64,000 nucleotides of DNA from the NCBI GenBank assembly GCA_031422435.1, contig JANPLU010000030.1:95918-159917 (forward strand), read 5' to 3'. The position numbers and the translations under genes are program-made. The notes below the pieces were generated by a model that worked only from the letters and a program-made list of their open reading frames with translations, was not told the DNA's origin and did not search any database. This stretch comes from Acaryochloridaceae cyanobacterium VAR_48_metabat_390 (GTDB taxonomy: Bacteria > Cyanobacteriota > Cyanobacteriia > Thermosynechococcales > Thermosynechococcaceae). Below are positions 1 through 11,776 of this stretch, in pieces; position 1 is the first letter of the stretch; every line of letters starts with the position of its first letter.

Positions 1-894
1 CCCTATGATTGGGTTCTACGCGAAACCGATCACTTGGCTGAAGGCTCGAGAGAGCTGATGAAAACGCAATATGATCTCCCTCAGGGCATGTTGAATCGAA
101 TGATTGGTGATAGTTCAATTATTTATCCGAAATATAGTATGGGTCTATGGGAAAGAGGAGCTGTTGATCTGGAGCAGTCTCAAATTCACATGATTGACGA
201 CATTATTGAAAAAATGGAAATCCAAGATGGTGATAATATCTTGGATTTTGGCTGTGGTTGGGGCTGTATTCCTAATTACATCTTGTCAAAGTTCCCCAAT
301 GTCAAATTTACTGGGCTGAACCTAAGTCATGAGCAATGTGAATATATGCGTCGAAAAATGCAGGATCCGGAGAGTTATCTGAGTTCTGGGCGCTTTACTT
401 TGGTAGAAGGGGATCTTAACGAAGTAAAGTTTGCCGAAAAATTCGATAAAATTTTATCAGTTGGAGTTTTTTGCCATGTAGGCAGTTTGACTCATGCCTT
501 TAAGAAGCTGGCTGCTTTCTTAAAGCCTAATGGTAAATGTTTCATTCACATCATCACAGTGCGGCTACCCAATAATATCTCTAGTGCTTTTACCCATAAG
601 TACATATTTCCCCACGGTCGCTACTGGAAATATGATGCCATTCCTAGCTGTAATCAAGACTTGAAAACAGTGCAAAGCTGGTATCTCAACGGCATGAACT
701 ACTCCAAAACCCTGTCGGCCTGGTTAGAGAACTTTGATAACAGCTATGACGAGGTTAAAAATCTAGATTACAACATGGACTACGCGAAGTTCCGTCGCAT
801 CTGGCGATTTTATTTAATCTGGTTTGTGTCTAACTTTGCGAGTTGTAATGGCGAAATCAACGGTAATGGTCAGTTTCTAATGGTTCATGCCTAG
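1..894 (+). CDS. SAM-dependent methyltransferase, cyclopropane-fatty-acid synthase/coclaurine N-methyltransferase-like (5' truncated by window edge)
   Basis: Frame is open from base 1. Motifs ILDFGCGWG, FDKILSVGVFCHVG, KYIFPHG and RRIWRFYL are typical of the CMAS family. Confidence 0.8.
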   Translation, partial: PYDWVLRETDHLAEGSRELMKTQYDLPQGMLNRMIGDSSIIYPKYSMGLWERGAVDLEQSQIHMIDDIIEKMEIQDGDNILDFGCGWGCIPNYILSKFPNVKFTGLNLSHEQCEYMRRKMQDPESYLSSGRFTLVEGDLNEVKFAEKFDKILSVGVFCHVGSLTHAFKKLAAFLKPNGKCFIHIITVRLPNNISSAFTHKYIFPHGRYWKYDAIPSCNQDLKTVQSWYLNGMNYSKTLSAWLENFDNSYDEVKNLDYNMDYAKFRRIWRFYLIWFVSNFASCNGEINGNGQFLMVHA

Positions 895-916
895 AGGGTT
901 TCATGTCTAAAATCAG

Positions 917-2065
917 CTATCCCCCTAAGCCTTGGAGCAAAGTGCTGAGCCTACGGAAGTCTTCAGACTGGCCTTGGCCTTGGCTAAGGTAGAGCTGCCG
1001 CGCTGTTCTAAACTCAGCAATGGCCTCTTCTTTGCGGTTTCGATCCTGAAGTGCCAGCCCTGCTCGATGATGAGCCATCGGGTTTTGAGGCTGACTTTGG
1101 ATGGCTTGACGATACGCAACCAGCGCCCCTAGAGAGTCCCCTTTTGCCCGCAGAATATCGCCGACGCCAATGTGTCCATCCGGCAGTTGGCTGTCGGCAT
1201 TAGTGGCGCGGCGATAGGCTCCTAATGCCTCATCTAGGCTCCCTTGACCCTGTAAAATACTGCCTGCTTTAACGTTAACCTTGGCATTGCGAGGTTCTAA
1301 GGTCATCGCCTGCCTTGCAGCAGCGGTTGCCTCTTCAACATTCCCCTGAGCCAGAAACGCATAGGCTAGCCCGATCTGCACTTCTCCATTTTTAGGTGCG
1401 AGCTGTGCCGCCGTCTGAAGCGCTTTGATTGCTTCAGGAGTTTGCTGCTGCTGTAACGCTAAGATGCCCAGTGCGCGGTAGGCATTCGCATTTTTAGGAT
1501 TGATAACCACTATTTGTTGATACAGCTTGAGCGCATTCGTATAGTTCCGCTGACGACTATAGATGACGGCTAATCCTTCATAGGCATCGGTGCGCTTTGG
1601 ATCAAGCGCAATCACCTGTTGATAGGCTTGAGCTGCATTAACATAATCATTGAGGTTGGCAAGGGAAAAGGCCAAGGCATAGTAAAAATTAGGGTCACGA
1701 CCCTCTAGGGAGATCGCCTGCTGGTAGGTTTGCACCGCCTCTCTATAGGCACCCTGCTGAGCCTGAATAAACCCAATGGCTGAAACGATGCGCGCATTTT
1801 TAGGGTCTAAAGGCTGAGCCTGCCGATAAATTTGAAGCGCTGCGTCATATTTACCCGCATCAATCAAAGCCTTCCCGCGCTTAAACAGTTCATAAAGCTG
1901 AAGGGCATTGGCTGGGGATGGCAAAACGGGTCGCGCTTGCGCCATTACGCGAAAGGGCGTAAAAGCCCCCAAACCAAGGGACAGCAATAAACCTGCAATA
2001 AAAATGGGCTGAGTTCGCACGAATGGCTCCTCATTGACACAACAGAACAATTTCCTTGACTGCAT
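917..2065 (-). CDS. Tetratricopeptide-repeat protein with N-terminal signal/hydrophobic segment
   Basis: Repeated ~34-aa helical units (e.g. AVQTYQQAISLEGRDPNFYYALA); hydrophobic N-terminus; exact start uncertain. Confidence 0.85.
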   Translation of the reverse strand: MQSRKLFCCVNEEPFVRTQPIFIAGLLLSLGLGAFTPFRVMAQARPVLPSPANALQLYELFKRGKALIDAGKYDAALQIYRQAQPLDPKNARIVSAIGFIQAQQGAYREAVQTYQQAISLEGRDPNFYYALAFSLANLNDYVNAAQAYQQVIALDPKRTDAYEGLAVIYSRQRNYTNALKLYQQIVVINPKNANAYRALGILALQQQQTPEAIKALQTAAQLAPKNGEVQIGLAYAFLAQGNVEEATAAARQAMTLEPRNAKVNVKAGSILQGQGSLDEALGAYRRATNADSQLPDGHIGVGDILRAKGDSLGALVAYRQAIQSQPQNPMAHHRAGLALQDRNRKEEAIAEFRTARQLYLSQGQGQSEDFRRLSTLLQGLGG

Positions 2066-2484
2066 TCGAGGCTCAATTGAGCCTTCTTAAAAACTTGAAC
2101 ACAGATGGGGCGATCCTAGCCTACCTTAAGCGTAAGAGTTTCAACCCGCTTAACGCCTTATTGTGCCCTTAGGCCAATCATTAGTGATGACTGACTGGCT
2201 GCCACCCAACGATTAGGTACGTCCCCTCTTGCAAAATTTGGGATAAATCCGTTACGCTATTAAAACGTAGTCGATATGACTATGACTTAGCTCGCGGATA
2301 GTTGTTTGCAAAATCGCTAAGCAAAGTTTTCTAGACGTTTCGGCTGCTCAACCTCAGCGCTGGCAGCGTTCTAAAAATCTGTCTAATGCCGTAGAGGCAT
2401 TGATCTGTTCACTGCCTAAAATTCGCTTTGTCCCTTTGACAGCTACACCCAAAACCACTCATTTTTACAAGACTGGCTTAAACC

Positions 2485-3960
2485 ATGACTGAACCTCAGA
2501 AATTAACCACTGCTGATGGCATTCCCGTTGCGGATAATCAAAACTCACTCACTGCTGGCTCCCGTGGCCCTGTCCTCATGCAGGATTTCTTCCTGATGGA
2601 GAAACTGGCTCACTTTAACCGAGAGCGGATTCCTGAGCGAGTTGTACATGCGAAGGGCGCAGCGGCTTTGGGGACGTTTACCGTGACCCATGACATTAGT
2701 CGCTACAGCAAAGCAGCGCTGTTTTCTGAAGTAGGCAAACAGACCCCCGTGCTGATCCGATTCTCAACGGTGGGAGGAGAACGAGGTTCCGCTGATGTTG
2801 AGCGTGACCCCAGAGGTTTCGCGATTAAGTTCTATACTGAAGAGGGTAACTGGGACTTGGTAGGTAACAATACCCCTGTGTTTTTCATCCGAGATCCGCT
2901 TAAGTTCCCTGATTTTGTCCACACTCAAAAGCGAAATCCCCAAACCAACTGTAAAGATCACAATGCAAAGTGGGATTTCTGGTCTGTCAGCCCTGAGGCG
3001 CTCCATCAGGTCACTATTCTGTTTTCAGACCGAGGCATCCCTAAAGACTATCGCCACATGGACGGGTTCGGGAGCCATACGTTCAGCTTAATCAATGCCC
3101 CGGGTGAGCGCGTTTGGTGTAAGTTTCACTTTAAAACCCAGCAAGGCCACCAAACTCTGACAGAGGCAGAAGCCGCCCAGGTGAAAGGGGAAGATGCCGA
3201 CCATGCAACGCGCGATTTGTTTGAGGCGATCGCCAATAACAACTTTCCCAAGTGGCGCGTGTGCATTCAGGTCATGACCGAAGCACAGGCCGCCAACCAT
3301 GCCGATAACCCCTTTGACCTCACCAAAATTTGGAAGCACTCAGAGTATCCGCTCATTGACGTCGGGATGCTGGAGCTAAACCGCAATCCAGAAAACTACT
3401 TTGCTCAAGTGGAGCAGTCGGCCTTTAGCCCCAGCAATGTCGTGCCAGGGATTGGATTTTCGCCAGATAAAGTGTTGCAAGGCCGTCTCATGTCCTATCC
3501 CGATGCCCAGCGCTATCGGTTGGGAGCGAACTATCAACAACTGCCTGTCAATCAGCCTAAATGCCCTGTGATGCACTACCAACGAGATGGCTTTATGGCA
3601 CTGGGTAATAATGGAGGAGCGGGGCCAAACTACGAACCCAACAGCAGCGAAACCACACCCAAAGAATGTCCGGCCTATGCCGAACCGCCTCTTCCCTTAG
3701 GGAATGCCGCTGCTGATCGTTTTAGCCACCGCGAAGGCAATGACGACTATTCTCAAGCAGGCGCACTGTATCGACTGCTTCAGCCAGAGCAGCGGGCGCG
3801 TCTTGTGCAGAATATCGCTGCCAGCTTGAGTCAGGCGAGGCCAGAGATCCAACTGCGTCAGTTGTGCCACTTCTTTCGGGCTGATGCAGAGTATGGGCAA
3901 AAGGTTGCCGAGGCGTTAGGGATATCTCTGGATCCGTCGATGTTTTCTGCTGAGAAATAA
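2485..3960 (+). CDS. katE: Monofunctional heme catalase (small subunit)
   Basis: [15 protein letters not shown] active-site motif, RFSTV, and proximal heme-ligand motif [14 protein letters not shown]. Confidence 0.95.
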   Translation: MTEPQKLTTADGIPVADNQNSLTAGSRGPVLMQDFFLMEKLAHFNRERIPERVVHAKGAAALGTFTVTHDISRYSKAALFSEVGKQTPVLIRFSTVGGERGSADVERDPRGFAIKFYTEEGNWDLVGNNTPVFFIRDPLKFPDFVHTQKRNPQTNCKDHNAKWDFWSVSPEALHQVTILFSDRGIPKDYRHMDGFGSHTFSLINAPGERVWCKFHFKTQQGHQTLTEAEAAQVKGEDADHATRDLFEAIANNNFPKWRVCIQVMTEAQAANHADNPFDLTKIWKHSEYPLIDVGMLELNRNPENYFAQVEQSAFSPSNVVPGIGFSPDKVLQGRLMSYPDAQRYRLGANYQQLPVNQPKCPVMHYQRDGFMALGNNGGAGPNYEPNSSETTPKECPAYAEPPLPLGNAAADRFSHREGNDDYSQAGALYRLLQPEQRARLVQNIAASLSQARPEIQLRQLCHFFRADAEYGQKVAEALGISLDPSMFSAEK

Positions 3961-3995
3961 ATGGCGATTTTGGCTAAGCAGTTCTAATTGTCCGT

Positions 3996-4024
3996 GTAGG
4001 GGCATGACAATGCCATGCCTCTAC
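3996..4024. repeat. GTAG-type REP-like palindrome / possible bidirectional terminator
   Basis: GTAGGGGCATG-ACAATGC-CATGCCTCTAC between convergent katE and glgP. Confidence 0.6.
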
Positions 4025-4059
4025 CAAAGTAAGTTCTGGACGTATTTGATGCACGACCC

Positions 4060-6564
4060 TTAACAGTAAGCGGATAGCTCCACAGGCACTGGCTTTACAT
4101 CCCAAATCTCATCGCAGTAATCGCGAATAGATCGGTCAGAAGAGAACTTACCCATCCGTGCCGCGTTTAGGATTGACATCCGCGTCCAGCGTTCCTGATC
4201 GCGGTAGGCCAAGCTAACCTCATCTTGACAATTGATGTAGGGTTCAAAGTCTGCGAATACAAAGTACGGGTCTTGGTGCAGCAGCAGGTCTACCAGCGGC
4301 CTAAAGATATCGCCATCGCCGTGGGAGAAAAAGCCAGACGAAATTCGGTCGATCGCCAGCTTTAGCTCTGGATTTGCGTGGTAATAGTCCATCGGCTGAT
4401 AGCCTTGGGCACGTTTGGCGTAGACTTCTTCTGCTGTTAGCCCAAATAAGAAAAAGTTTTCGGCTCCAACTTCCTCACGGATTTCGACGTTTGCGCCGTC
4501 TAAGGTACCAATGGTCATGGCTCCATTCATTGCAAACTTCATGTTGCCCGTTCCAGAGGCTTCCTTCCCTGCGGTTGAAATTTGCTCTGATAAATCGGCG
4601 GCTGGGTAAACGCGCTGGGCAAACTTCACGTTGAAGTTTTTCATGAACAGCACCTTCAGCCGTCCCCGCACGTCTGGATCGCGGTTGACGATATCGCCCA
4701 CGGAGTTGATCAATTTAATAATCAGCTTCGCCATATGGTAGCCTGGAGCGGCCTTGCCTCCAAACAGGAACGTACGCGGCGTAATTTCGACATCAGGATT
4801 GGCCTTAATGCGGTTGTACAGCGTAATGATGTGCAGCACGTTGAGATGCTGACGTTTGTACTCGTGGATGCGCTTGGCCTGAATATCAAAGAGCGAGGTG
4901 GGATCTACCGTTAGACCGTAATGATTCTGGATATAAATCGAAAGATCGCGTTTGCGATCAAGCTTAATCTGTCGCCAGCGCTGCTGAAACTCAACGTCAT
5001 CCACATAGGCTTCAATCCCACGGAGTTCGTCCAAGTTCCGCACCCATTCTGGCCCAATTTTTTCCGTAATGAGTTTGGCAAGGGGCTGGTTGCTCAGTAC
5101 CATAAACCGACGGGGCGTTACGCCATTGGTTTTGTTGCTGAATTTTTCAGGGTACATTTCCCAAAAATCTTTGAGAACGTCTGATTTCAGCAGGTCGGTA
5201 TGGAGTGCGGCAACTCCATTAATGGCATGACTACCCACGCAGGCTAGGTGAGCCATCCGAACATAGCGATCGCCACTTTCATCAATCAGCGACATCCGTG
5301 CCAGTCGCGCCTCATCATCGGGGAAGCGAATCCGAATTTCGTCCAAAAAGCGAAGGTTTATTTCATAAATAATTTCGAGATGACGCGGCAAAATTTGAGA
5401 GAACAAATTAATCGGCCAACGTTCTAAAGCCTCTGGCATCAGCGTGTGGTTGGTGTAGGCCAATGTCTTTTGCGTAATTGACCAGGCTTTGTCCCAGGGG
5501 AGATCGTGATCATCAATGAGTAGCCGCATCAGCTCCGCCACTGAAATAGCGGGATGGGTATCGTTGAGCTGAACTGCAAACTTTTCATGGAAATGGTCGA
5601 TGGGAATACCCTGACGCTCCAAAATTCTAATCATGTCTTGAAGAGAGCAAGACACAAAGAAAATCTGCTGGGTCAAACGCAAAAGCTTACCCTGAGAGCC
5701 ATCGTCATTAGGGTACAAAACCTTAGAGATATTTTCAGAAAACACCTTCTCGTGGACTGCACCCACATAGTCGCCGGAGTTAAAAGCCCCAAAGTCAAAA
5801 GATTCTGGAGCCTGAGCCGTCCAGAGTCTTAGGGTGTTCGCAGTATTGGTCTTGTAGCCCATGATGGGCGTATCGTAAGGGATGCCCTGTAGAACCTGAT
5901 AGGGTGCCCACCGAACTTTCTTATTGCCTTGGTTGTCCACATAGTGTTCGGTATGTCCCCCAATTTTGACGGAAACAGCCCACTCTGGTCTTGGCAGCTC
6001 CCAAGGGTTTCCGGCTTTGAGCCATTTATCCGTCAGCTCAATCTGCCAACCATCTTTAATATCTTGGGCAAAAATCCCAAACTCGTAGCGAATGCCATAG
6101 CCAATCGTCGGAATGTCTAAGGTGGCTAGGGAATCGAGATAGCAGGCTGCCAATCGCCCCAAGCCACCGTTGCCTAATCCTGGTTCTTCTTCTTGCTCTA
6201 GCAGGTCGTCAAAATCGAGACCCAGCTCGGTCATGGCCTGCTTGGTCTGGTCATAAATGCCTAGGTTAACCAAGTTATTGCCCAGGTGAGGCCCCATCAA
6301 AAACTCTGCGGAAAGGTACGCCACGGTGCGCGATCCGCTAGTGGTGTAGGTGGCAGCAGTGTTGATCCAGCGCTGAAGCATGCGATCGCGCACGGTGTAG
6401 GCCAGGGCTTGATAGTAGTCGTTCTGGCTGGCAAGACCTGGAAACTTACCCAGCACGTAGAACAAATTGTCGAGAAACGAGCGCTTGAGAATATCCACGC
6501 CTAGCCCTGTGCGGCTAAGATCACAGGTCATCGTTTCAATGGTCAGGTTAGAGGCCGTTTGCAT
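4060..6564 (-). CDS. glgP: Glycogen/starch phosphorylase
   Basis: GLGNGGLGRLAAC, QLNDTHP, KRIHEYKRQ and PLP-lysine motif EASGTGNMKF. Confidence 0.97.
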   Translation of the reverse strand: MQTASNLTIETMTCDLSRTGLGVDILKRSFLDNLFYVLGKFPGLASQNDYYQALAYTVRDRMLQRWINTAATYTTSGSRTVAYLSAEFLMGPHLGNNLVNLGIYDQTKQAMTELGLDFDDLLEQEEEPGLGNGGLGRLAACYLDSLATLDIPTIGYGIRYEFGIFAQDIKDGWQIELTDKWLKAGNPWELPRPEWAVSVKIGGHTEHYVDNQGNKKVRWAPYQVLQGIPYDTPIMGYKTNTANTLRLWTAQAPESFDFGAFNSGDYVGAVHEKVFSENISKVLYPNDDGSQGKLLRLTQQIFFVSCSLQDMIRILERQGIPIDHFHEKFAVQLNDTHPAISVAELMRLLIDDHDLPWDKAWSITQKTLAYTNHTLMPEALERWPINLFSQILPRHLEIIYEINLRFLDEIRIRFPDDEARLARMSLIDESGDRYVRMAHLACVGSHAINGVAALHTDLLKSDVLKDFWEMYPEKFSNKTNGVTPRRFMVLSNQPLAKLITEKIGPEWVRNLDELRGIEAYVDDVEFQQRWRQIKLDRKRDLSIYIQNHYGLTVDPTSLFDIQAKRIHEYKRQHLNVLHIITLYNRIKANPDVEITPRTFLFGGKAAPGYHMAKLIIKLINSVGDIVNRDPDVRGRLKVLFMKNFNVKFAQRVYPAADLSEQISTAGKEASGTGNMKFAMNGAMTIGTLDGANVEIREEVGAENFFLFGLTAEEVYAKRAQGYQPMDYYHANPELKLAIDRISSGFFSHGDGDIFRPLVDLLLHQDPYFVFADFEPYINCQDEVSLAYRDQERWTRMSILNAARMGKFSSDRSIRDYCDEIWDVKPVPVELSAYC

Positions 6565-6903
6565 GCATCAATTCCTTTACAACTAAGGCGTCCAGTATTT
6601 ATTCCAATCGACGGTCGATAAGCCAGAGAGATGGCTTACTGCGGATAGTCTTCCACAAACCTCTAGCCCTTAGCGGTGTTTGATAGACACACGCCCTATT
6701 ATTAGTTAGCTGTCACTGCCTTGACCTTATCTTCTCAAAGCAGATCGTTACTGTTAGTGTTGCATCACTCTCTCACATCCTAGAGTTTTATGGACAGGAT
6801 TGATTACGGCTATTGCAAGCTTTTCACACTCATCGGCTCGAAATGGTTGCCCATGACACCAAATGTGTTGAGTCTGGAGCCTGATGGGGCAATTGCTGAG
6901 CAC

Positions 6904-7395
6904 CTAGGCACTTAAAACCCGATCCAACCAGCGGTTCACAACGCCGCGAACTTGATGGGTACGGTACCATCGCTGAAAGGCTTTTTCGTAGGCTTCCCCG
7001 CTGATGTGCAAAACGTTCCAGGTTTTAAGTCCTAAAAATAAGCCCCAAAACAAAAGAATGTAAAGCGACCAGGGAAACCCAAATCCCATTAATACATTGA
7101 GCAGAATTAGGCTGCCGTTAATGATGCTAAAGCGACCCACTTTTCGCTTAAGGTCTGCGCGCCGATGCTGATTAAAGGCTTCGCGCTTTTGGTTTTCGTC
7201 GTTAGACTGCATCCAGGCTTTTTCGGCCTGCTGCACAATCGCCGCCGGAATCGCTAAATCTTGGGCAATGTCAAGAAGCTGCGTGCGGGAGAATTCACCT
7301 GCGTAGGCGTGCTGGGCGATCGCTAGGTTCAGGATTTGCTGCACCTCTTCTTGAGAATAGATCTGCTTATCGTCGGGCGCTTCAGAATTTGCCAT
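6904..7395 (-). CDS. Cyanobacterial 2TM-domain membrane protein
   Basis: YSQEEVQQILNLAI N-terminus followed by two hydrophobic helices. Confidence 0.7.
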   Translation of the reverse strand: MANSEAPDDKQIYSQEEVQQILNLAIAQHAYAGEFSRTQLLDIAQDLAIPAAIVQQAEKAWMQSNDENQKREAFNQHRRADLKRKVGRFSIINGSLILLNVLMGFGFPWSLYILLFWGLFLGLKTWNVLHISGEAYEKAFQRWYRTHQVRGVVNRWLDRVLSA

Positions 7396-7654
7396 CTTGA
7401 TTGTTCTCCCCTGAATGCATCCAGGATCAGATATGAACTTATTTTAATCATTCCACCTAAGGATGAGCCAACCCTCTGTGCTCAGGTCGAAATAGCCGTA
7501 CCTCCTCCGTTTTGATACTGCGAATTTGCATATTTCCACGCCATTGACTAAGGTGTCTAAATCAAAGTCTGTCGAGAGCTTTTTGCCACAGCATTTGCCA
7601 CAGCACTGGTTCTCTAAAATAGACGGCTATTCTCTCTCCTTACTGGATCTGCCT

Positions 7655-8608
7655 ATGCGTTGGTTTACATACCCCAAGCGATCGCCCTTCTTTCCCTTAA
7701 GTTTGTGGTTTCGCACCCAGTTTCACACCCTTAAACTTCAGATTCAGTCTACGCCTCTAGCGCTCAGACTATCTGTTGTTTTAATCGCCCTTCTGGGAAC
7801 CGTATTGGTACACCCTGCCCAAGCATTTCTCGCGCAAATCACGCCTACTGCACCCCAACTGGGCGACACGATTACCGTCACAATGCAGGCCGATACGGGG
7901 GGCAGCGCTGCGCCTCAAGTGCGTTTTGGTGCCAAAAATTATCCTGCATTTAGCGTGGGGGCAAACCGTTATCGCACGCTGTTGCCTACCACGCCCCTAG
8001 ATAAGCCAGGGCCTTTCACTGTTCAGGTCGATAAAGCTGGGGAGTCGCGCGCGTTTAAGCTCAATCTTAAAAAACGGTGGTTTCCGACTCAGAGTATTTG
8101 GTTGCCGCCTGGAAAAGATTCCAATGTCGATGAGTATGAATTTGATCAGGTAGATGCATTTAAAGCCATCGTGTCACCTCAAAAATTCTGGAATGGCCCG
8201 TTTCGCAAGCCGAATAATGGCCCTGTCACCACAATTTACGGCGTGCGTCGCTACTACAACGGCGTGTTTGCAAAAGACTACTTCCATCGCGGGGTCGATT
8301 ATGCGGGGGCTTACGGATCTCCTATCGTGGCACCTGCCGATGGACGGGTGGCGCTGGTAGGTCGAGAAGCCAAACGCTTTAAAGTTCACGGCAACTGTGT
8401 AGGACTCGATCACGGTCAAGGCGTGGAAAGTATTTACTTGCATCTCAGCCGAATTGATGTCAAGGAAGGAGACTTTGTGAAGGCGGGGCAGGTTATAGGC
8501 GCTCTGGGAGGGACAGGCGCTGTAACCGGCCCTCACCTCCATTGGGGGCTATTTGTGTTTGGTAAATCAGTAGATCCAACGCCTTGGCGCAATCAGGGAT
8601 TCAACTAA
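7655..8608 (+). CDS. M23 family metallopeptidase
   Basis: HRGVDY and HLHW zinc-binding motifs; start uncertain (ATG 7655 chosen, ORF open from 7526). Confidence 0.9.
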   Translation: MRWFTYPKRSPFFPLSLWFRTQFHTLKLQIQSTPLALRLSVVLIALLGTVLVHPAQAFLAQITPTAPQLGDTITVTMQADTGGSAAPQVRFGAKNYPAFSVGANRYRTLLPTTPLDKPGPFTVQVDKAGESRAFKLNLKKRWFPTQSIWLPPGKDSNVDEYEFDQVDAFKAIVSPQKFWNGPFRKPNNGPVTTIYGVRRYYNGVFAKDYFHRGVDYAGAYGSPIVAPADGRVALVGREAKRFKVHGNCVGLDHGQGVESIYLHLSRIDVKEGDFVKAGQVIGALGGTGAVTGPHLHWGLFVFGKSVDPTPWRNQGFN

Positions 8609-8733
8609 GCGTTCTCTAATTGCGCAGGGGTGCGCAGACTTAGAAGTGTTGCTAAACTCTAAAGAATTCTGGTGAAAGACAAAGATTTTTTGCTCTGAGT
8701 CTGCCTACCCCCTTTGCTAATCGCCCAACTGAT

Positions 8734-11700
8734 ATGACAGATACTTCGGTTCAAGCCTCGGTGCCCTTTGTCAACGATGCTCAGGATGCAATGGCGGCAG
8801 TGAATAGTGGCGGTTTAGCCGCTCCTCAGCCAGTCCAATTAAGTTTATCCACGCAGATCGGCATTTCAGGTTTAACTCAGACGATTGGGTTTGCCGAACG
8901 TCACATTGGTTCAAAGGCTGGAGAACTTCAGGCCATGCTAGGGTCGCTGGGGTTAGGTTCTCTTGAAGATCTTGCGAACAAAGCCGTGCCTGCTGCCATT
9001 CGGCTCCAGTCACCCCTAAACCTAGCGCCTGCTGCTACGGAGTCTGAAGCGCTGGGGATATTGAGGGCGATCGCCGACCAAAACCAGGTCTTCCGCTCCT
9101 ATATTGGGTTGGGCTACTCCGGCTGCATTACGCCCCCAGTCATTCAGCGCAATATTTTAGAAAACCCAGGCTGGTATACCCAGTACACCCCTTACCAGGC
9201 CGAAATTGCCCAGGGTCGCCTTGAGGCGCTGTTGAACTATCAAACGATGGTGACAGACTTAACGGGGCTAGAAATTGCCAATGCTTCCCTACTTGATGAA
9301 GGAACTGCCGCTGCCGAAGCCATGACTATGTGCTTCAACCTCAGTAAAAAGAAAGACGCAAAGACATTTTTTGTCTCCCAAACCTGCCATCCCCAGACCA
9401 TTGCAGTCATTCGTACCCGTGCGATGCCTTTAGAGATTGACGTGGTGGTTGGCGATCACCAAATGTACGATTTTGCCAGCGCCCCTACTTTCGGCGCACT
9501 GCTCCAGTACCCTGCCAGTGACGGTACTGTTCATGACTACCGTGCATTTGTCGAAAAAGCCCATGCCAGTGGCGCACTGGTCACAATTGCCGCAGACCTT
9601 TTGAGCCTTACCTTACTGACCCCACCTGGGGAATTTGGCGCAGATATTGCGGTTGGCAGCACGCAGCGATTTGGAGTGCCCTTTGGTTACGGTGGGCCTC
9701 ACGCTGCGTATTTCGCCACAAAAGATGCCTTTAAGCGTCAAATTCCAGGGCGAATTGTGGGTGTATCCCATGATGTGCAGGGCAATACTGCCCTACGCCT
9801 TGCCCTCCAAACCCGCGAGCAGCATATCCGGCGAGATAAGGCGACGAGCAATATCTGTACGGCACAGGTGCTGCTCGCGGTGATGGCAAGTATGTACGCG
9901 GTCTATCACGGTTCCACTGGACTGAAGCAAATTGCAGCGCGGACACATCAGTTGACTTCGCTGTTGGCAATTGGCTTAGGTCGTCTGGGCTTCGTTGTTA
10001 AAACCGAGCGATTTTTTGACACGATTCAGGTGGGTCTGGGTGCAGTGACGCTGGGTGAATTAGAAGGGCGATCGCAGTCCTACCGCATCAACTTCCGCCC
10101 TGTAGATCAACAGACCGTCGGTATCTCCCTAGATGAAACGGTCTCTGTGCAGGACGTTTGGGATATTTTGACGGTGTTCGCTGGAAGTACCGCCCTAGAC
10201 TTCACGATAGAAAGCCTGATAGAAGCGCTGCCGTCAGGGTACGAAGCCCCCTTTGCGCGGACGAGTGCCTATCTCACCCATCCGATCTTTAATCAGTATC
10301 ATTCTGAAACCGAGCTGCTGCGCTATGTCCAGCGTCTGCAATCGAAGGATTTATCGCTGACGCACTCCATGATTCCGCTGGGGTCCTGCACCATGAAGCT
10401 GAACGCCACCGCAGAAATGATTCCGGTGACGTGGCCTGAGTTTGGTCAAATTCATCCCTTTGCACCCCTCTCCCAAACCCAGGGCTACCAGGTTTTGTTT
10501 CAGCAGCTTGAGCAAATGCTGGGGGAAATTACGGGGTTTGACGGCATTTCTCTTCAGCCTAATGCGGGTTCTCAAGGCGAATACGCAGGGCTATTGGTGA
10601 TTCGCAGCTACCACGAAAGTCGGGGCGATCGCCACCGCACTATCTGCCTCATCCCAGACTCCGCCCACGGTACCAACCCCGCTAGCGCCGTCATGGCAGG
10701 CATGAAGGTCGTGGTAGTGGGCTGTGATGAAGACGGCAACATTGATATGGATGACCTGCAATCCAAAGCAGAGGCTCACAAAGAAAATCTTGCCGCCTTG
10801 ATGGTGACGTATCCTTCTACCCACGGAGTGTTTGAAGAAGGCATCCGCGACATTTGCAACATCATCCATGCCAATGGCGGTCAGGTCTATATGGATGGTG
10901 CAAATATGAACGCCCAGGTGGGGCTATGCCGTCCCGCAGACTTTGGAGCGGATGTTTGCCACCTGAATCTACATAAAACCTTCTGTATTCCCCACGGTGG
11001 CGGCGGCCCAGGGATGGGTCCCATTGGCGTTAAGGCACATCTGATTCCCTTCTTACCCAACCATCCCCTCACGGCGGTAGGTGGCGCGCAAAGCCTTGGG
11101 CCAGTTTCCGCAGCGCCTTGGGGCAGCGCTAGTATTCTGCCCATTTCTTGGATGTACATTGCCATGATGGGTGCCGATGGCCTGACGGATGCCACTAAGG
11201 TCGCAATCCTTAATGCCAACTACATGGCGCAGCGTCTCGATCCTTACTATCCGGTTTTATTCAAAGGTACTTCAGGGCTAGTGGCTCACGAGTGCATTTT
11301 AGATCTGCGCCATCTCAAAAAGTCAGCAGGTATTGAAGTCGAAGATATTGCCAAACGCCTGATTGACTATGGCTATCATGCACCCACGGTGTCTTGGCCT
11401 GTCCCTGGCACCATCATGATTGAGCCAACGGAAAGCGAATCAAAGGCTGAGCTAGATCGCTTTTGTGAGGCGATGATTGCTATCCGTGCCGAAATTGCGG
11501 AGATTGAAGCGGGTCAAGTGGATGCCCAAGACAACCCCCTCAAATATGCCCCTCATACGGCGGCAGTGGTGACAGCAGACGAATGGACTCACTCCTATTC
11601 GCGTCAGAAGGCTGCGTTTCCGGCTGACTGGGCGCGGGAGAGCAAGTTTTGGCCTGCGGTGGGGCGAATTGATAATGCCTATGGTGATCGCAATTTAGTT

Positions 11701-11736
11701 TGTAGCTGTTTGCCTATAGACGCCTACGCCCATTGA
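8734..11736 (+). CDS. gcvP: Glycine dehydrogenase (decarboxylating), glycine cleavage P protein
   Basis: [41 protein letters not shown] (PLP Lys) and C-terminal GDRNLVCSC. Confidence 0.97.
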   Translation: MTDTSVQASVPFVNDAQDAMAAVNSGGLAAPQPVQLSLSTQIGISGLTQTIGFAERHIGSKAGELQAMLGSLGLGSLEDLANKAVPAAIRLQSPLNLAPAATESEALGILRAIADQNQVFRSYIGLGYSGCITPPVIQRNILENPGWYTQYTPYQAEIAQGRLEALLNYQTMVTDLTGLEIANASLLDEGTAAAEAMTMCFNLSKKKDAKTFFVSQTCHPQTIAVIRTRAMPLEIDVVVGDHQMYDFASAPTFGALLQYPASDGTVHDYRAFVEKAHASGALVTIAADLLSLTLLTPPGEFGADIAVGSTQRFGVPFGYGGPHAAYFATKDAFKRQIPGRIVGVSHDVQGNTALRLALQTREQHIRRDKATSNICTAQVLLAVMASMYAVYHGSTGLKQIAARTHQLTSLLAIGLGRLGFVVKTERFFDTIQVGLGAVTLGELEGRSQSYRINFRPVDQQTVGISLDETVSVQDVWDILTVFAGSTALDFTIESLIEALPSGYEAPFARTSAYLTHPIFNQYHSETELLRYVQRLQSKDLSLTHSMIPLGSCTMKLNATAEMIPVTWPEFGQIHPFAPLSQTQGYQVLFQQLEQMLGEITGFDGISLQPNAGSQGEYAGLLVIRSYHESRGDRHRTICLIPDSAHGTNPASAVMAGMKVVVVGCDEDGNIDMDDLQSKAEAHKENLAALMVTYPSTHGVFEEGIRDICNIIHANGGQVYMDGANMNAQVGLCRPADFGADVCHLNLHKTFCIPHGGGGPGMGPIGVKAHLIPFLPNHPLTAVGGAQSLGPVSAAPWGSASILPISWMYIAMMGADGLTDATKVAILNANYMAQRLDPYYPVLFKGTSGLVAHECILDLRHLKKSAGIEVEDIAKRLIDYGYHAPTVSWPVPGTIMIEPTESESKAELDRFCEAMIAIRAEIAEIEAGQVDAQDNPLKYAPHTAAVVTADEWTHSYSRQKAAFPADWARESKFWPAVGRIDNAYGDRNLVCSCLPIDAYAH

Positions 11737-11776
11737 ATCAATAGACCCTTGGCATAAATTCATTCAATCCATGAGC

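Noticed and set aside
8609..8733. Glycine riboswitch ahead of gcvP
   Set aside because: Short spacer with no recognisable aptamer motifs.
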